A program made the translations under genes and the position numbers. A DNA stretch of 64,000 bases from contig JAFCCO010000005.1 of NCBI GenBank assembly GCA_017610175.1, positions 284 through 64,283 of the forward strand. The letters are read 5' to 3'. The notes beneath the pieces were generated by a model, which did not search any database, was not told where the DNA came from, and was given only the letters and a program-made list of their open reading frames with translations. Below are positions 39,192 to 47,771 of this stretch, piece after piece. This DNA is from Candidatus Iainarchaeum sp. (GTDB lineage: Archaea > Iainarchaeota > Iainarchaeia > Iainarchaeales > GCA-2688035). Each line of letters starts with the position of its first letter. The first letter of the stretch is position 1.

Positions 39192-39890
39192 ATGACTTCA
39201 CTTAGGGCTGAGCTGAAAAAGTTTGCCGACCCAAAAAAGGCAAAGGTTCTCCAGGGCTTTTTTAAAACAGGGCCCGGCCAGTACGGTGAGGGAGACGTTT
39301 TTCTCGGGCTAAAGGTCGGGGACACAAGATTGGTTGCAAAAAAGTTTACCTCAATGCCGCTTGAAGAGGTTAAGAGTCTGCTTGAGTCAAAGATTCATGA
39401 GGAAAGGCTTGCCGCACTGCTTGTGCTGGTTGAAAAATTCGGCAAGGCAGGCAATTCCGGGCGAAAGCAAATCTTTGACTTCTACCTTGCAAACGCAAAG
39501 AACGTTAACAACTGGGATTTGGTTGATTTGTCGGCCCCAAAGATTTCAGGGGAATTCCTGCTTGACAGGGACAGGGCAGTGCTCTTTAGGCTCGTCAGGT
39601 CTGAGAATTTGTGGAAGAAGAGAATCGCAGTCCTTTCAACATTCACTTTCATCAGGAACAACGATTTTGATGACGCGCTTGCAATTTCGGAAATTTTGCT
39701 AAACGATTCACACGATTTGATTCACAAGGCAGTTGGCTGGATGTTAAGGGAGGTTGGAAAGCGCAATTTGGCTGTTGAAGAGGGTTTTTTGAAAAGGCAT
39801 TACAAGGGCATGCCGCGAACAATGCTGCGTTATGCAATTGAGCGGTTTCCTGAGGGGAAGAGAAAGGCATATCTGGCGGGAATTGTCTGA
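39192..39890 (+). CDS. DNA alkylation repair protein (AlkD-like)
   Basis: FFKTGPGQYGEGD, NNWDLVD, KAVGWMLRE and PRTMLRYAIE motifs. Confidence 0.92.
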   Translation: MTSLRAELKKFADPKKAKVLQGFFKTGPGQYGEGDVFLGLKVGDTRLVAKKFTSMPLEEVKSLLESKIHEERLAALLVLVEKFGKAGNSGRKQIFDFYLANAKNVNNWDLVDLSAPKISGEFLLDRDRAVLFRLVRSENLWKKRIAVLSTFTFIRNNDFDDALAISEILLNDSHDLIHKAVGWMLREVGKRNLAVEEGFLKRHYKGMPRTMLRYAIERFPEGKRKAYLAGIV

Positions 39891-39927
39891 ATGCAAATTG
39901 TTTTTGTGTGCCGTGCCCGGTTGCCTG

Positions 39928-40143
39928 TTATCCCTTTGCTTTAAGTTCACGCATTTTTTTGCTTATTTTTCTGAATCGTTCGCGATATTCTTTAAGTTTT
40001 GGTTTAAGTTGTGCAGGTCGTCCCCATCGGGACACTTTCGCACCAGCCATTGCCTTGCGCAGGGCAGTGATGTTTTCCAAAACCTTTTTCTTTTCACTCT
40101 GGAGGCGTGACAGCCTGCATTTTGAAAAAAATCTTATCGGCAT
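39928..40143 (-). CDS. Small basic hypothetical protein
   Basis: 71 aa, K/R-rich; GATGTGA RBS-like sequence. Confidence 0.55.
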   Translation of the reverse strand: MPIRFFSKCRLSRLQSEKKKVLENITALRKAMAGAKVSRWGRPAQLKPKLKEYRERFRKISKKMRELKAKG

Positions 40144-40243
40144 TTTGAATCACATCAATATTGTGTATTTTTCTGGTTTATAACCTTGAGTTTGCCTGCG
40201 AAACAATAAAATACAACCTTGCCCCTTACATAATTGGTTTTAA

Positions 40244-40591
40244 ATGGCTGACATTTCTTTTGACGGCAGGGTTTTCAGGATTGTGAAAAGTAGGGGGGAG
40301 AATGCGATGCTTTCCGAGGGCTCCCTTTTTTACTTTAGGCAGGATGGCAGCAGGGTTGTTGCCGATTATTTTGGGGGAGAAGTTGCCCGCGGACACCTTG
40401 AGGGTGAGTTTGAGGACGGCAAACTGAAGCATGTTTACATTCAGTACAACCGCCTTGGGAAAAGGTTTTCTGGCAAGGCTGCCGTGGAAATTAAGGAAAA
40501 GGAAAATGGCAGGCTTGAGCTGATTGATGACTGGGAGTGGGACTCCGGCGGAAAGGGGTCCAGTGTAATGGAAGAGGTTTCTGCGAAATAA
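40244..40591 (+). CDS. Small beta-barrel hypothetical protein (family often labelled 'N-acetylglutamate synthase')
   Basis: F.F.Q.G..V.A.Y.GG.V..G.L.G and W.W...G.S.MEE pattern, recognised from memory. Confidence 0.65.
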   Translation: MADISFDGRVFRIVKSRGENAMLSEGSLFYFRQDGSRVVADYFGGEVARGHLEGEFEDGKLKHVYIQYNRLGKRFSGKAAVEIKEKENGRLELIDDWEWDSGGKGSSVMEEVSAK

Positions 40592-40722
40592 TTATTAATT
40601 CAAAAATACATTAGTTGTTTTGAAAATGATAGTACCACAATCGGGGGCCGGGCAAGGCTGTTGCGGCTTTTTTCCTTCTTTTTTCTGGCTTAATGGCACT
40701 TACTGCGCGGAGGTGATGTTAG

Positions 40723-40917
40723 TTGCTTGATAATCATACATACAATCTGATGGCACAGCTTGTTGAGGAAAACAAAAGCCTTTGGAGAATGAAGGAAAAG
40801 TATAAGCAGGATGCCGGCAAATGTCCTGAGTGCTCTGCCCTTTGGGAAAGGCTTGTAAAGGAAAAGGAAGAGCAGGCCAGGCTTCTGGAGGAAATGCTTA
40901 AAATGCACCAGAAATAA
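40723..40917 (+). CDS. Small ferritin-like two-helix protein with CxxC
   Basis: DNHTYNL..QL.EE.KSLWR...Y..DA..CPEC; perfect GGAGGTGA RBS before TTG. Confidence 0.75.
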   Translation: MLDNHTYNLMAQLVEENKSLWRMKEKYKQDAGKCPECSALWERLVKEKEEQARLLEEMLKMHQK

Positions 40918-40964
40918 TTGCATGATGCAAATGCTTAAATTTGACAAAAACAGTAGTGTTGCTT

Positions 40965-41474
40965 ATGCTTAACAAGTTCCAAAAAGTTGATTCCCTTGTT
41001 TCAGGCGCTTCAATGCCTGAGACTCCCGCAGACATTGCTGCACTGCACAAAGAGGGAATAAGGGCCATTGTCTCGCTTGAATCCATGCCCTATGACGTAT
41101 TGCAGGCTGCAAAGAAGGAGGGGATTAAGGTAATGGAGCTTCCGCTTGACGAGTACATGCCTCCCTCAAAAAAGGAGGTTCACAAGTTCCTTCGCTTTGT
41201 GAACGCAAATGTAAGCCGGAAGAGAAAGGTTTTTGTGCACTGCTTTCACGGGGTGGGAAGAACAAGGGAAATGCTTGCGTTCTATTTGGTTGGAAAGGGA
41301 ATTTCTCCGCTTCAGGCACACTCAATGGTTGGGGGGGTTGAAACGCTTTTCCAGAAAGAGTTTTTGTTGAAGTACGGTGAAAGGCTTCAGGCTGCAATTA
41401 AGAGGGCTAAGGCAAGAAAGAAGGCTGTGAAAAAGCCAAAAGCTGTGCCGAAAAAAAGGGCAAGGAGGAAGTGA
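40965..41474 (+). CDS. Dual-specificity protein phosphatase with basic C-terminal tail
   Basis: HCFHGVGRT (CX5R) and ET..Q motifs. Confidence 0.88.
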   Translation: MLNKFQKVDSLVSGASMPETPADIAALHKEGIRAIVSLESMPYDVLQAAKKEGIKVMELPLDEYMPPSKKEVHKFLRFVNANVSRKRKVFVHCFHGVGRTREMLAFYLVGKGISPLQAHSMVGGVETLFQKEFLLKYGERLQAAIKRAKARKKAVKKPKAVPKKRARRK

Positions 41475-42031
41475 TTGCTTTGAATGTGCTTGGTTTGCTT
41501 GACAGGAAGAAAACCGCTTTTGTGCTGGTGGATTTGCAGGAGGCGTTTCGTTCGGAGACATGCGATTTTGAAGGGGTTGTTGCGAACTCAACTATTTTGG
41601 TTAAGGCTTCGCAGATTTTGGGGATTCCGCTAATTGTTACAGAGCAGTATTCCAAAGGATTGGGAAAAACAATTCCCGAGATTGAATTGCCGAATGGAAT
41701 TAAGCCGATTGCAAAAACAAGCTTCAGCTGCCTTGGCTGTGCTGAATTTGCACAGGCTTTGAAGAAAACAGGCGCAAAGAGTGTTGTTCTCTTTGGAATC
41801 GAATCCCACATCTGCATTCTCACCACTGCGCTTGATGCCTTAAAGGGTGGGCTTGAGGTCCACGTTGCGGCAGACGCTGTTTCGGCAAGAACGGTTATCA
41901 ATCACGGGCTGGGCTTAGAGCGAATGCGACAATCAGGGGTTTTCATTGCATCAACTGAAACTGTTTTGTTCCAGCTGATGAAGGATGCGAAAATTGAGGA
42001 ATTCAAGCAGGTTAGCGAACTTGTGAAGTAG
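41471..42031 (+). CDS. Isochorismatase-family hydrolase
   Basis: VDLQE, TEQY..GLG.T, KTSFS and GIESHIC motifs. Confidence 0.92.
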   Translation: MIALNVLGLLDRKKTAFVLVDLQEAFRSETCDFEGVVANSTILVKASQILGIPLIVTEQYSKGLGKTIPEIELPNGIKPIAKTSFSCLGCAEFAQALKKTGAKSVVLFGIESHICILTTALDALKGGLEVHVAADAVSARTVINHGLGLERMRQSGVFIASTETVLFQLMKDAKIEEFKQVSELVK

Positions 42032-42080
42032 GTTTTGCTCAATAGTCAGTTTAATATTCAACTTTGCGCATACTCTTTGC

Positions 42081-42497
42081 ATGGATTTGATTCTGCAGCT
42101 GAAGGATGAGCACAGGCGCATTCTGAGAATTTTTGAAACAATCCGTGAGATTGTTGGCTCTGACAGGCTTGGTGCAGCAGATTTGGCGGCCTACTTTAGG
42201 GAACTTAAGGAAGTGCTTTCCTCGCACCTGGATGTTGAAAACAAGCTTTTGTATCCAAGGTTTGAGACTGCTAAACCGCCTGAGTTGAAGAAAATGGGTA
42301 AGGTCTTTTCATCCGAAATGGTTAAGATTGCTGATGATGTCAGGGCGTTCTTTGATGAATACCAGGACAAGGAACTTTCTCTTCTCGGAAAAAGCAATAA
42401 ATTCAGGAACGCGCTTTTGGAAATCTTTAACAAGGTCAACAAGAGAATAAGGGTTGAGGAAGACATTCTGTTTCCTGCATACGAGCGCTATTTTTAG
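42081..42497 (+). CDS. Hemerythrin-domain protein
   Basis: L..EH, HLDVE..LYP and R..VEE..LFP motifs. Confidence 0.8.
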   Translation: MDLILQLKDEHRRILRIFETIREIVGSDRLGAADLAAYFRELKEVLSSHLDVENKLLYPRFETAKPPELKKMGKVFSSEMVKIADDVRAFFDEYQDKELSLLGKSNKFRNALLEIFNKVNKRIRVEEDILFPAYERYF

Positions 42498-42594
42498 CGG
42501 TTTTCTCCCTGTTTGCGTTGCGGGGATACAAATAAATACTTCCTTAAACAATCTAATTAGTTAGGTCGGGGGACTAAGTTTGGAGGAAAACACC

Positions 42595-42681
42595 ATGGAC
42601 AAATGCTCTAAATGCGGCATGGAAGTTGAGAAAGTCTGCCCAAAGTGCGGCGGATGCGACAACTGCTGCAGCTGCGAATAA
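42595..42681 (+). CDS. 28-aa Cys-rich metal-binding microprotein (metallothionein/Zn-finger-like)
   Basis: MDKCSKCGMEVEKVCPKCGGCDNCCSCE*; 8 Cys; GGAGG RBS 8 nt upstream; U-tract after. Confidence 0.8.
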   Translation: MDKCSKCGMEVEKVCPKCGGCDNCCSCE

Positions 42682-42693
42682 ATGCACATTAGG

Positions 42694-42733
42694 CGTATTT
42701 CGCATTACGCGACTTTTATTTTGCTTTTTTTTT
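42694..42733 (+). terminator. Short hairpin plus U-tract terminator after the Cys-rich ORF
   Basis: GCGTA...TACGC followed by TTTTATTTTGCTTTTTTTTT. Confidence 0.55.
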
Positions 42734-42791
42734 AATAGCGGAAGCCCACTCTCTGCTGCCATTTAAATACATTCCTGTTTCTTTCTTTTTT

Positions 42792-44771
42792 ATGCCTGAG
42801 AGATTTGAGCAATTTTTTCCATACCCTGAATTCAAGCCAATGCAGCTTGAGGTAATGGAGTTTGTTTTTGATGTTGTTTCAAGGGAAAAAATTGGGCTGA
42901 TTGAGGCATACTGCGGTTTTGGAAAGACAATTGCAACTCTTGCACCTGTTTTTGAGTCCGGCAAGAAGGTACTGCTTCTTTCACCAAGCCATATTGCAAG
43001 AAATGCGGGTGTTGGCGAGGCACTCAAAATCAACAAGGTAAACGGGAAAAAAATCAGGATTGCGGACCTGCGGGGAAAGCAGTTGATGTGCTCCAAGTTT
43101 AATTCCGAAAACTTTTCACATGAGGCATGCAACAACTCAAAGCGGTTCAAAAAAGACTGCGAATTCTTCAACCGCACTTTTGCAAAGGACGCAAAGAATC
43201 TTTCGTCCCATGCAAGGAAAACGGTGCACATTATTGAGGATTTTGAATCCTTGAGCCCAACCGAATTTTTTGAAAAAGGGGACATTGGCACAGAACCTAA
43301 TTTTTTTCAGCGCGTTCACGAACTGTGCGAGGAAAAGGGATTTTGTTCCTATGAAATAATGCGCGAAATGGTTAGGGATGCGGATCTTGTGATTCTTGAC
43401 TACTTCTGGTGCTTTACAGGAATTTTTCACGTGCTAAAGCAGCTTATTGACCCCAAGGACTTTGTGCTCTTGGTCGATGAAGCGGACATGCTGGTAAACA
43501 GGCTCTATGATAACTTCCATGTTCAAATTGGATTAACCGGTTTGCAGAGGCTTACAGCACAGGCCAACAGGATTCTCGACGAGTACGCCGCAATGGCGGA
43601 AGAAGGTGAGGAATTTGAGCAGGAGTTAAACGAAACCGATGCGCAGTTTCTTGCGGAGTTCTCAGAGTACACTGAGGAAATTCTTCGCATTTTCAAGACA
43701 GAGGAGGCAATCTCTCCACACAAAATAATTGATTACTATGTAAAGGGATTCAGGACAAGGTCGAAGGCGGCAGGGCTTAGGGGCACAATTGACTTCAATG
43801 GGATTGTTGAAAATTTGGAGTTAATTGTTGACGCTGTTGAAAGCGGGGACAATGCAAAAAGGGCAGGTTCAAAGCCGCACGAATTCCTAAAGCACCTTGA
43901 TGCAATAAAAGATTTAGACGTTTACCTTACGTTCATTTCGGCAGAGAGGAATGCAATAATGATTAAGCCGTTTGAAATAAGCAATATAATTCTTGGAAAT
44001 GGCCTCTCCCCAAACGATACCTTGAAGCAGTTTCACTCGGCACTCCTTTTCTCCGCAACAATTGGCGATGAAACACTTTTCATGGAGGAGCTTGGTTTAT
44101 CCAAGGCTGACACGGCGGTTTTCAAGATTCCGTGCATGCCTCACCAAAACCTCACTGTGCTTATAGACACTGAACTTGACACAACCTACAAGAGAAGAAG
44201 CGAGAACACTCCCAAGTACGTTAAAAAAATCAATGCAATGCTTGACCTGGAGCCCTCGCTGCTTGTAAGCTGCTGCAACAACTTTGAGGCCGAGCAAATG
44301 GCTGCCGCAATTCCCGCGCTTGAGAATGCGGCGGAAGCGGAAAACCTTTTGCCCAGCCAAAGTTATGTGTTGAATATTCGCACAAGGCATGCGCGAAGCA
44401 CCAACAAGGCAAGTTCTGTTAAGTCCTGCATTGTTGTTGGCCTGCCCCTCCCCGATTACTCTGACTTTTATTTTAAGAAGCGAAAGGAGTTTCTTGAAAA
44501 CAAGTATGGAAAACAGCACGCGGGCATGCTGCTGAACAGGAAGGCAATTGATACTGCTGTGCAGCTTACGGGGAGAATTACCAGGAACCTTGAAAGCCAG
44601 AGGGCAATAGTGCTGGCAGACCGAAGATATGACCGTGACTTTTTCCTCGGAAGCTTTTACAGGGATTCTTTGCCAGCTTACCTTAAGCCTTTCACAAAAA
44701 CAGTGAGAAACACTGCTGAACTTAAGGGTGAGCTTGCTTCTTTTTGGCGCAATCATAAATATAATAAGTAA
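42792..44771 (+). CDS. XPD/Rad3/DinG-family SF2 helicase with Fe-S domain
   Basis: Q motif, CGFGKT, four spaced Cys, DEAD, SAT, GLPLP, Q..GR..R and D.RY motifs. Confidence 0.82.
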   Translation: MPERFEQFFPYPEFKPMQLEVMEFVFDVVSREKIGLIEAYCGFGKTIATLAPVFESGKKVLLLSPSHIARNAGVGEALKINKVNGKKIRIADLRGKQLMCSKFNSENFSHEACNNSKRFKKDCEFFNRTFAKDAKNLSSHARKTVHIIEDFESLSPTEFFEKGDIGTEPNFFQRVHELCEEKGFCSYEIMREMVRDADLVILDYFWCFTGIFHVLKQLIDPKDFVLLVDEADMLVNRLYDNFHVQIGLTGLQRLTAQANRILDEYAAMAEEGEEFEQELNETDAQFLAEFSEYTEEILRIFKTEEAISPHKIIDYYVKGFRTRSKAAGLRGTIDFNGIVENLELIVDAVESGDNAKRAGSKPHEFLKHLDAIKDLDVYLTFISAERNAIMIKPFEISNIILGNGLSPNDTLKQFHSALLFSATIGDETLFMEELGLSKADTAVFKIPCMPHQNLTVLIDTELDTTYKRRSENTPKYVKKINAMLDLEPSLLVSCCNNFEAEQMAAAIPALENAAEAENLLPSQSYVLNIRTRHARSTNKASSVKSCIVVGLPLPDYSDFYFKKRKEFLENKYGKQHAGMLLNRKAIDTAVQLTGRITRNLESQRAIVLADRRYDRDFFLGSFYRDSLPAYLKPFTKTVRNTAELKGELASFWRNHKYNK

Positions 44772-44806
44772 TAAATAGTAATTTGCACTATACTTGACTG
44801 ATTTGA

Positions 44807-45370
44807 ATGTCTGCAAAAAAGCTTAGCGTTTTAGATATTGTGAAGTCAAGAAGAACAACTTACGAATTTAGTGCCAAAAAGATTGGAGCCGTGGATCTAA
44901 AGAATATTCTTGAGGCTGCGCGATGGGCTCCAAGTCCGTTCAATAGCCAACCGTGGAAATTCATTGTTGTAAAAGACAAAAAGCGCATTGAAAAACTGGT
45001 TAACATTTCGCACTACGGTAACTTTCACACTGACCCGCCTGTGCTTGTCGTTGCGGTTCTTGAAAAAATGTATGACCACCAAAAAGGGATGTTAAAGGGA
45101 GCGGCAAAAGAATTTGTTCTATCCCACAAATATTTTACAATTGCTTCACCCCTAATTACAATGACTTATGCCGCAAAGTCTTTGGGGATAGACTCCTGCA
45201 TTCTTTCACTTATTGTTGATAAGGCAAACAGGATTCTTAGTGTTCCGAAAGGAAAGGAAGCAATTCTTGCTCTTGGATTGGGTTGTGAGGAAAAGAACGC
45301 GTACCACAAGAAAAGAGAAAGGCTTAACTTTAGCGAGATTGTTCGCAAGGAAAAATATGGGAAGAGATAA
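44807..45370 (+). CDS. Nitroreductase family protein
   Basis: SRRT, AARWAPS.FNSQPWKF and GIDSC motifs. Confidence 0.92.
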   Translation: MSAKKLSVLDIVKSRRTTYEFSAKKIGAVDLKNILEAARWAPSPFNSQPWKFIVVKDKKRIEKLVNISHYGNFHTDPPVLVVAVLEKMYDHQKGMLKGAAKEFVLSHKYFTIASPLITMTYAAKSLGIDSCILSLIVDKANRILSVPKGKEAILALGLGCEEKNAYHKKRERLNFSEIVRKEKYGKR

Positions 45371-45372
45371 AT

Positions 45373-45927
45373 GTGGTTACTGTCGGGACAAGAGAACTTA
45401 TTCAAACTGAATTGAAAGACAGCACTAGTAGTGATGTTATTTTGTTCAATCTGAGTCCAGAACACTATCGAGTCTCTGATGCCGCGGTTTTAGAACACCT
45501 AACAAAGCACCTTAAAACAAAGGTCATTTACATTTCACTTAATCGTTCGTATACGAAATTGAACGCTGAATTCAAAGATAGCGGCGTTGACATTTCAATG
45601 GTTTATTTTATTGGTTTGAATGGCAAGGGACATGCTTCTAAGTTAAAGAACTTGTCGCCGGTGAGACCTCCGTTTTCGCTTACAAAGATTGGGATTGAGT
45701 TATCAAAAATACTTGAAAGCGGGCAGTACGAATTTCTCATGCTTGATTCAGTTTCCGCATTAACGGTTTACAACCCGCCTGCGTTGGTGAAAAAGTTTAT
45801 GCATTATTTGGTGAGCCGGCTTAGAACGGTTGATGTTGGAGGTGGCATTTTGATGCTTCAGGGTGACGAATCTGAAAGCATAAAGTCCTACCTTTCTTCA
45901 CTGTGCGACAAGACAATTAAACTTTAA
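45373..45927 (+). CDS. Degenerate KaiC/RecA-like ATPase-fold protein
   Basis: YISLNR, LDSVSAL.VYN and LCD motifs; no intact Walker A. Confidence 0.65.
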   Translation: MVTVGTRELIQTELKDSTSSDVILFNLSPEHYRVSDAAVLEHLTKHLKTKVIYISLNRSYTKLNAEFKDSGVDISMVYFIGLNGKGHASKLKNLSPVRPPFSLTKIGIELSKILESGQYEFLMLDSVSALTVYNPPALVKKFMHYLVSRLRTVDVGGGILMLQGDESESIKSYLSSLCDKTIKL

Positions 45928-46209
45928 GTTCTCGTTCTCGTTTTCCTTTAATTATAATACATATGTGCAGTGCAAGCACCACAACAAACGGGCCCAATAG
46001 AATTGCGTGAAGCTGGAATGCAAGCGTCTTTGTAAAAATTCCCGGTCTCGGATCCAAATTCTTGCATGCCTTATTAACGAAGGCGTAACTGCCTTATTAA
46101 AATTTCATTTCCGAAATTTTGCGTAATTAAGGGTAGTGTTTTAAAGCAAACCCTTACTAATTATATTTGTTCTGGTGAGGGCAAATTCCATGTATTGGAG
46201 CTATTTTAC

Positions 46210-47748
46210 GTGAGCGGAGAAGTTAAAGAGGAATGCGCGTTAGCGGCTGTTTCCCTATCCAAAAAACTAGACAGCTATCCAAAGGGGGCTGCAGCGTTCT
46301 ATTTGTACAAGATGCTGCTCCAACAGCAGCACCGTGGGCAGCTCAGTGCGGGCATTACAACCTATAAAAAGGACAGAAAGCAGGTAATTGACACCTACAA
46401 AAAGCTTGGAAAGGTTGACAACGCATTCAAAACATTTAGAAAGGAAAAATTTTACGGCATCCTGAACAAGTACGCGGGGTCCATTGGAATTGGGCATTTG
46501 CGCTATTCAACCTGTGGTGCCGACGATGTTGGGTTTGCGCAGCCGTTTGAAAGGCATCACGGACGGCGCTGGAAATGGTTTTCATTCGCGTTCAACGGCA
46601 ATATCGCAAATTATGCTTCCCTTAAGAAAGAGCTTGCCGATTCCGATTACCATCTCATAAGGGACGTTGATACCGAAGCCCTAATGCACCACATGAGCAA
46701 GCAAATGATTGGCTCTGAAAAAAAGGGCATTGAAGATGTTTTTGCCAATCTGGCTCAGATTATTGACGGCGCTTACTCACTGGTTTACATGAATGCGGAT
46801 GGGGAACTTGCGGTGATTCGCGATCCGGTCGGCTTTAAGCCGTTGTGTTATGCTGAAAAAGACGGGGATTTCTTTGCGGCCTCTGAAAGCGTTGCATTCA
46901 ACGGGGATGGCTCAATGAAAGTGCACGATGTGCAGCCGGGCGAGGTTGTTCTTGTTTCAGATGGAAACGTTGAAAAGAAGCGCTTTGCAAAATGCGAGAA
47001 AAAGGCGCACTGCATATTTGAATGGGTTTATTTTGCAAACCCCCGCTCAATAATAGACGGCCAAGGGGTTTATGAGGCAAGGCAGAATCTTGGAATCGCG
47101 CTTGCAAAGCACGAGTCCCAGAAAATGGACAAGGATTTCATTGTTGTTCCAGTTCCAGACACCGCCAAGCCAAGTGGGGACGCACTTGCTTTTGAGCTAG
47201 GGGTTCCGTCCAAAGAGGGAATAATGCGAAACAGGTATATTGGAAGGACATTTATTGAGTCGGACAGCCGTGCGGAAAAGGTAAAGGAAAAATACTCGAT
47301 TATTAAGTCAATTGTTGAGGGGAAGAAGATTCTGTTGGTTGAGGACACCATTGTTCGCGGCACAACAACAAAGAATCTTATTGAACGCCTTAAAAAATAT
47401 GGCAAGGCAAAGGAAATCCATCTCAGGGTTGCCTGCCCACCAATTCTTGCACCATGCTTTTACGGCATAGATATGTCAACCATAAACGAGCTTATTGCTC
47501 CGGGTTATGTTAAGGATATTGCAGAGGGAATTACTGAGGAAGAAAGTGCAAAGTTTGCAAAAGACTACGGGGTTGAATCACTCATTTACCTGCCAAAAGA
47601 TGAGCTTGCAAAAGCAATTGGCTTGCCCAAAAACGAGCTTTGCATGGGCTGCCTTAATGCAAATTATCCAACCCCTGAGGGCAAAAGGCTTTACGGCTCC
47701 GCGCTGGAAAACTCCAAAAGCGGTTCAAAGAAAAGAACCTATGAATAA
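46210..47748 (+). CDS. purF: Amidophosphoribosyltransferase
   Basis: Propeptide ..KEEC, QHRGQ, GHLRYST, CIFEWVYF, PVPD, EDTIVRGTT and CFYGID motifs; GTG start 46210. Confidence 0.95.
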   Translation: MSGEVKEECALAAVSLSKKLDSYPKGAAAFYLYKMLLQQQHRGQLSAGITTYKKDRKQVIDTYKKLGKVDNAFKTFRKEKFYGILNKYAGSIGIGHLRYSTCGADDVGFAQPFERHHGRRWKWFSFAFNGNIANYASLKKELADSDYHLIRDVDTEALMHHMSKQMIGSEKKGIEDVFANLAQIIDGAYSLVYMNADGELAVIRDPVGFKPLCYAEKDGDFFAASESVAFNGDGSMKVHDVQPGEVVLVSDGNVEKKRFAKCEKKAHCIFEWVYFANPRSIIDGQGVYEARQNLGIALAKHESQKMDKDFIVVPVPDTAKPSGDALAFELGVPSKEGIMRNRYIGRTFIESDSRAEKVKEKYSIIKSIVEGKKILLVEDTIVRGTTTKNLIERLKKYGKAKEIHLRVACPPILAPCFYGIDMSTINELIAPGYVKDIAEGITEEESAKFAKDYGVESLIYLPKDELAKAIGLPKNELCMGCLNANYPTPEGKRLYGSALENSKSGSKKRTYE

Positions 47749-47771
47749 GCCTGCTTCAAAATAGAACTGTA

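Noticed and set aside
40244-40591. Treating this ORF as the real ArgA of the arg pathway
   Set aside because: No GNAT acetyl-CoA motif; the family label is unreliable; the NAT domain is already fused to argB.
45922-46110. Minus-strand open stretch encoding a hydrophobic segment (possible pseudogene) upstream of purF
   Set aside because: The in-frame ATG is followed by two stops; no recognisable homology.
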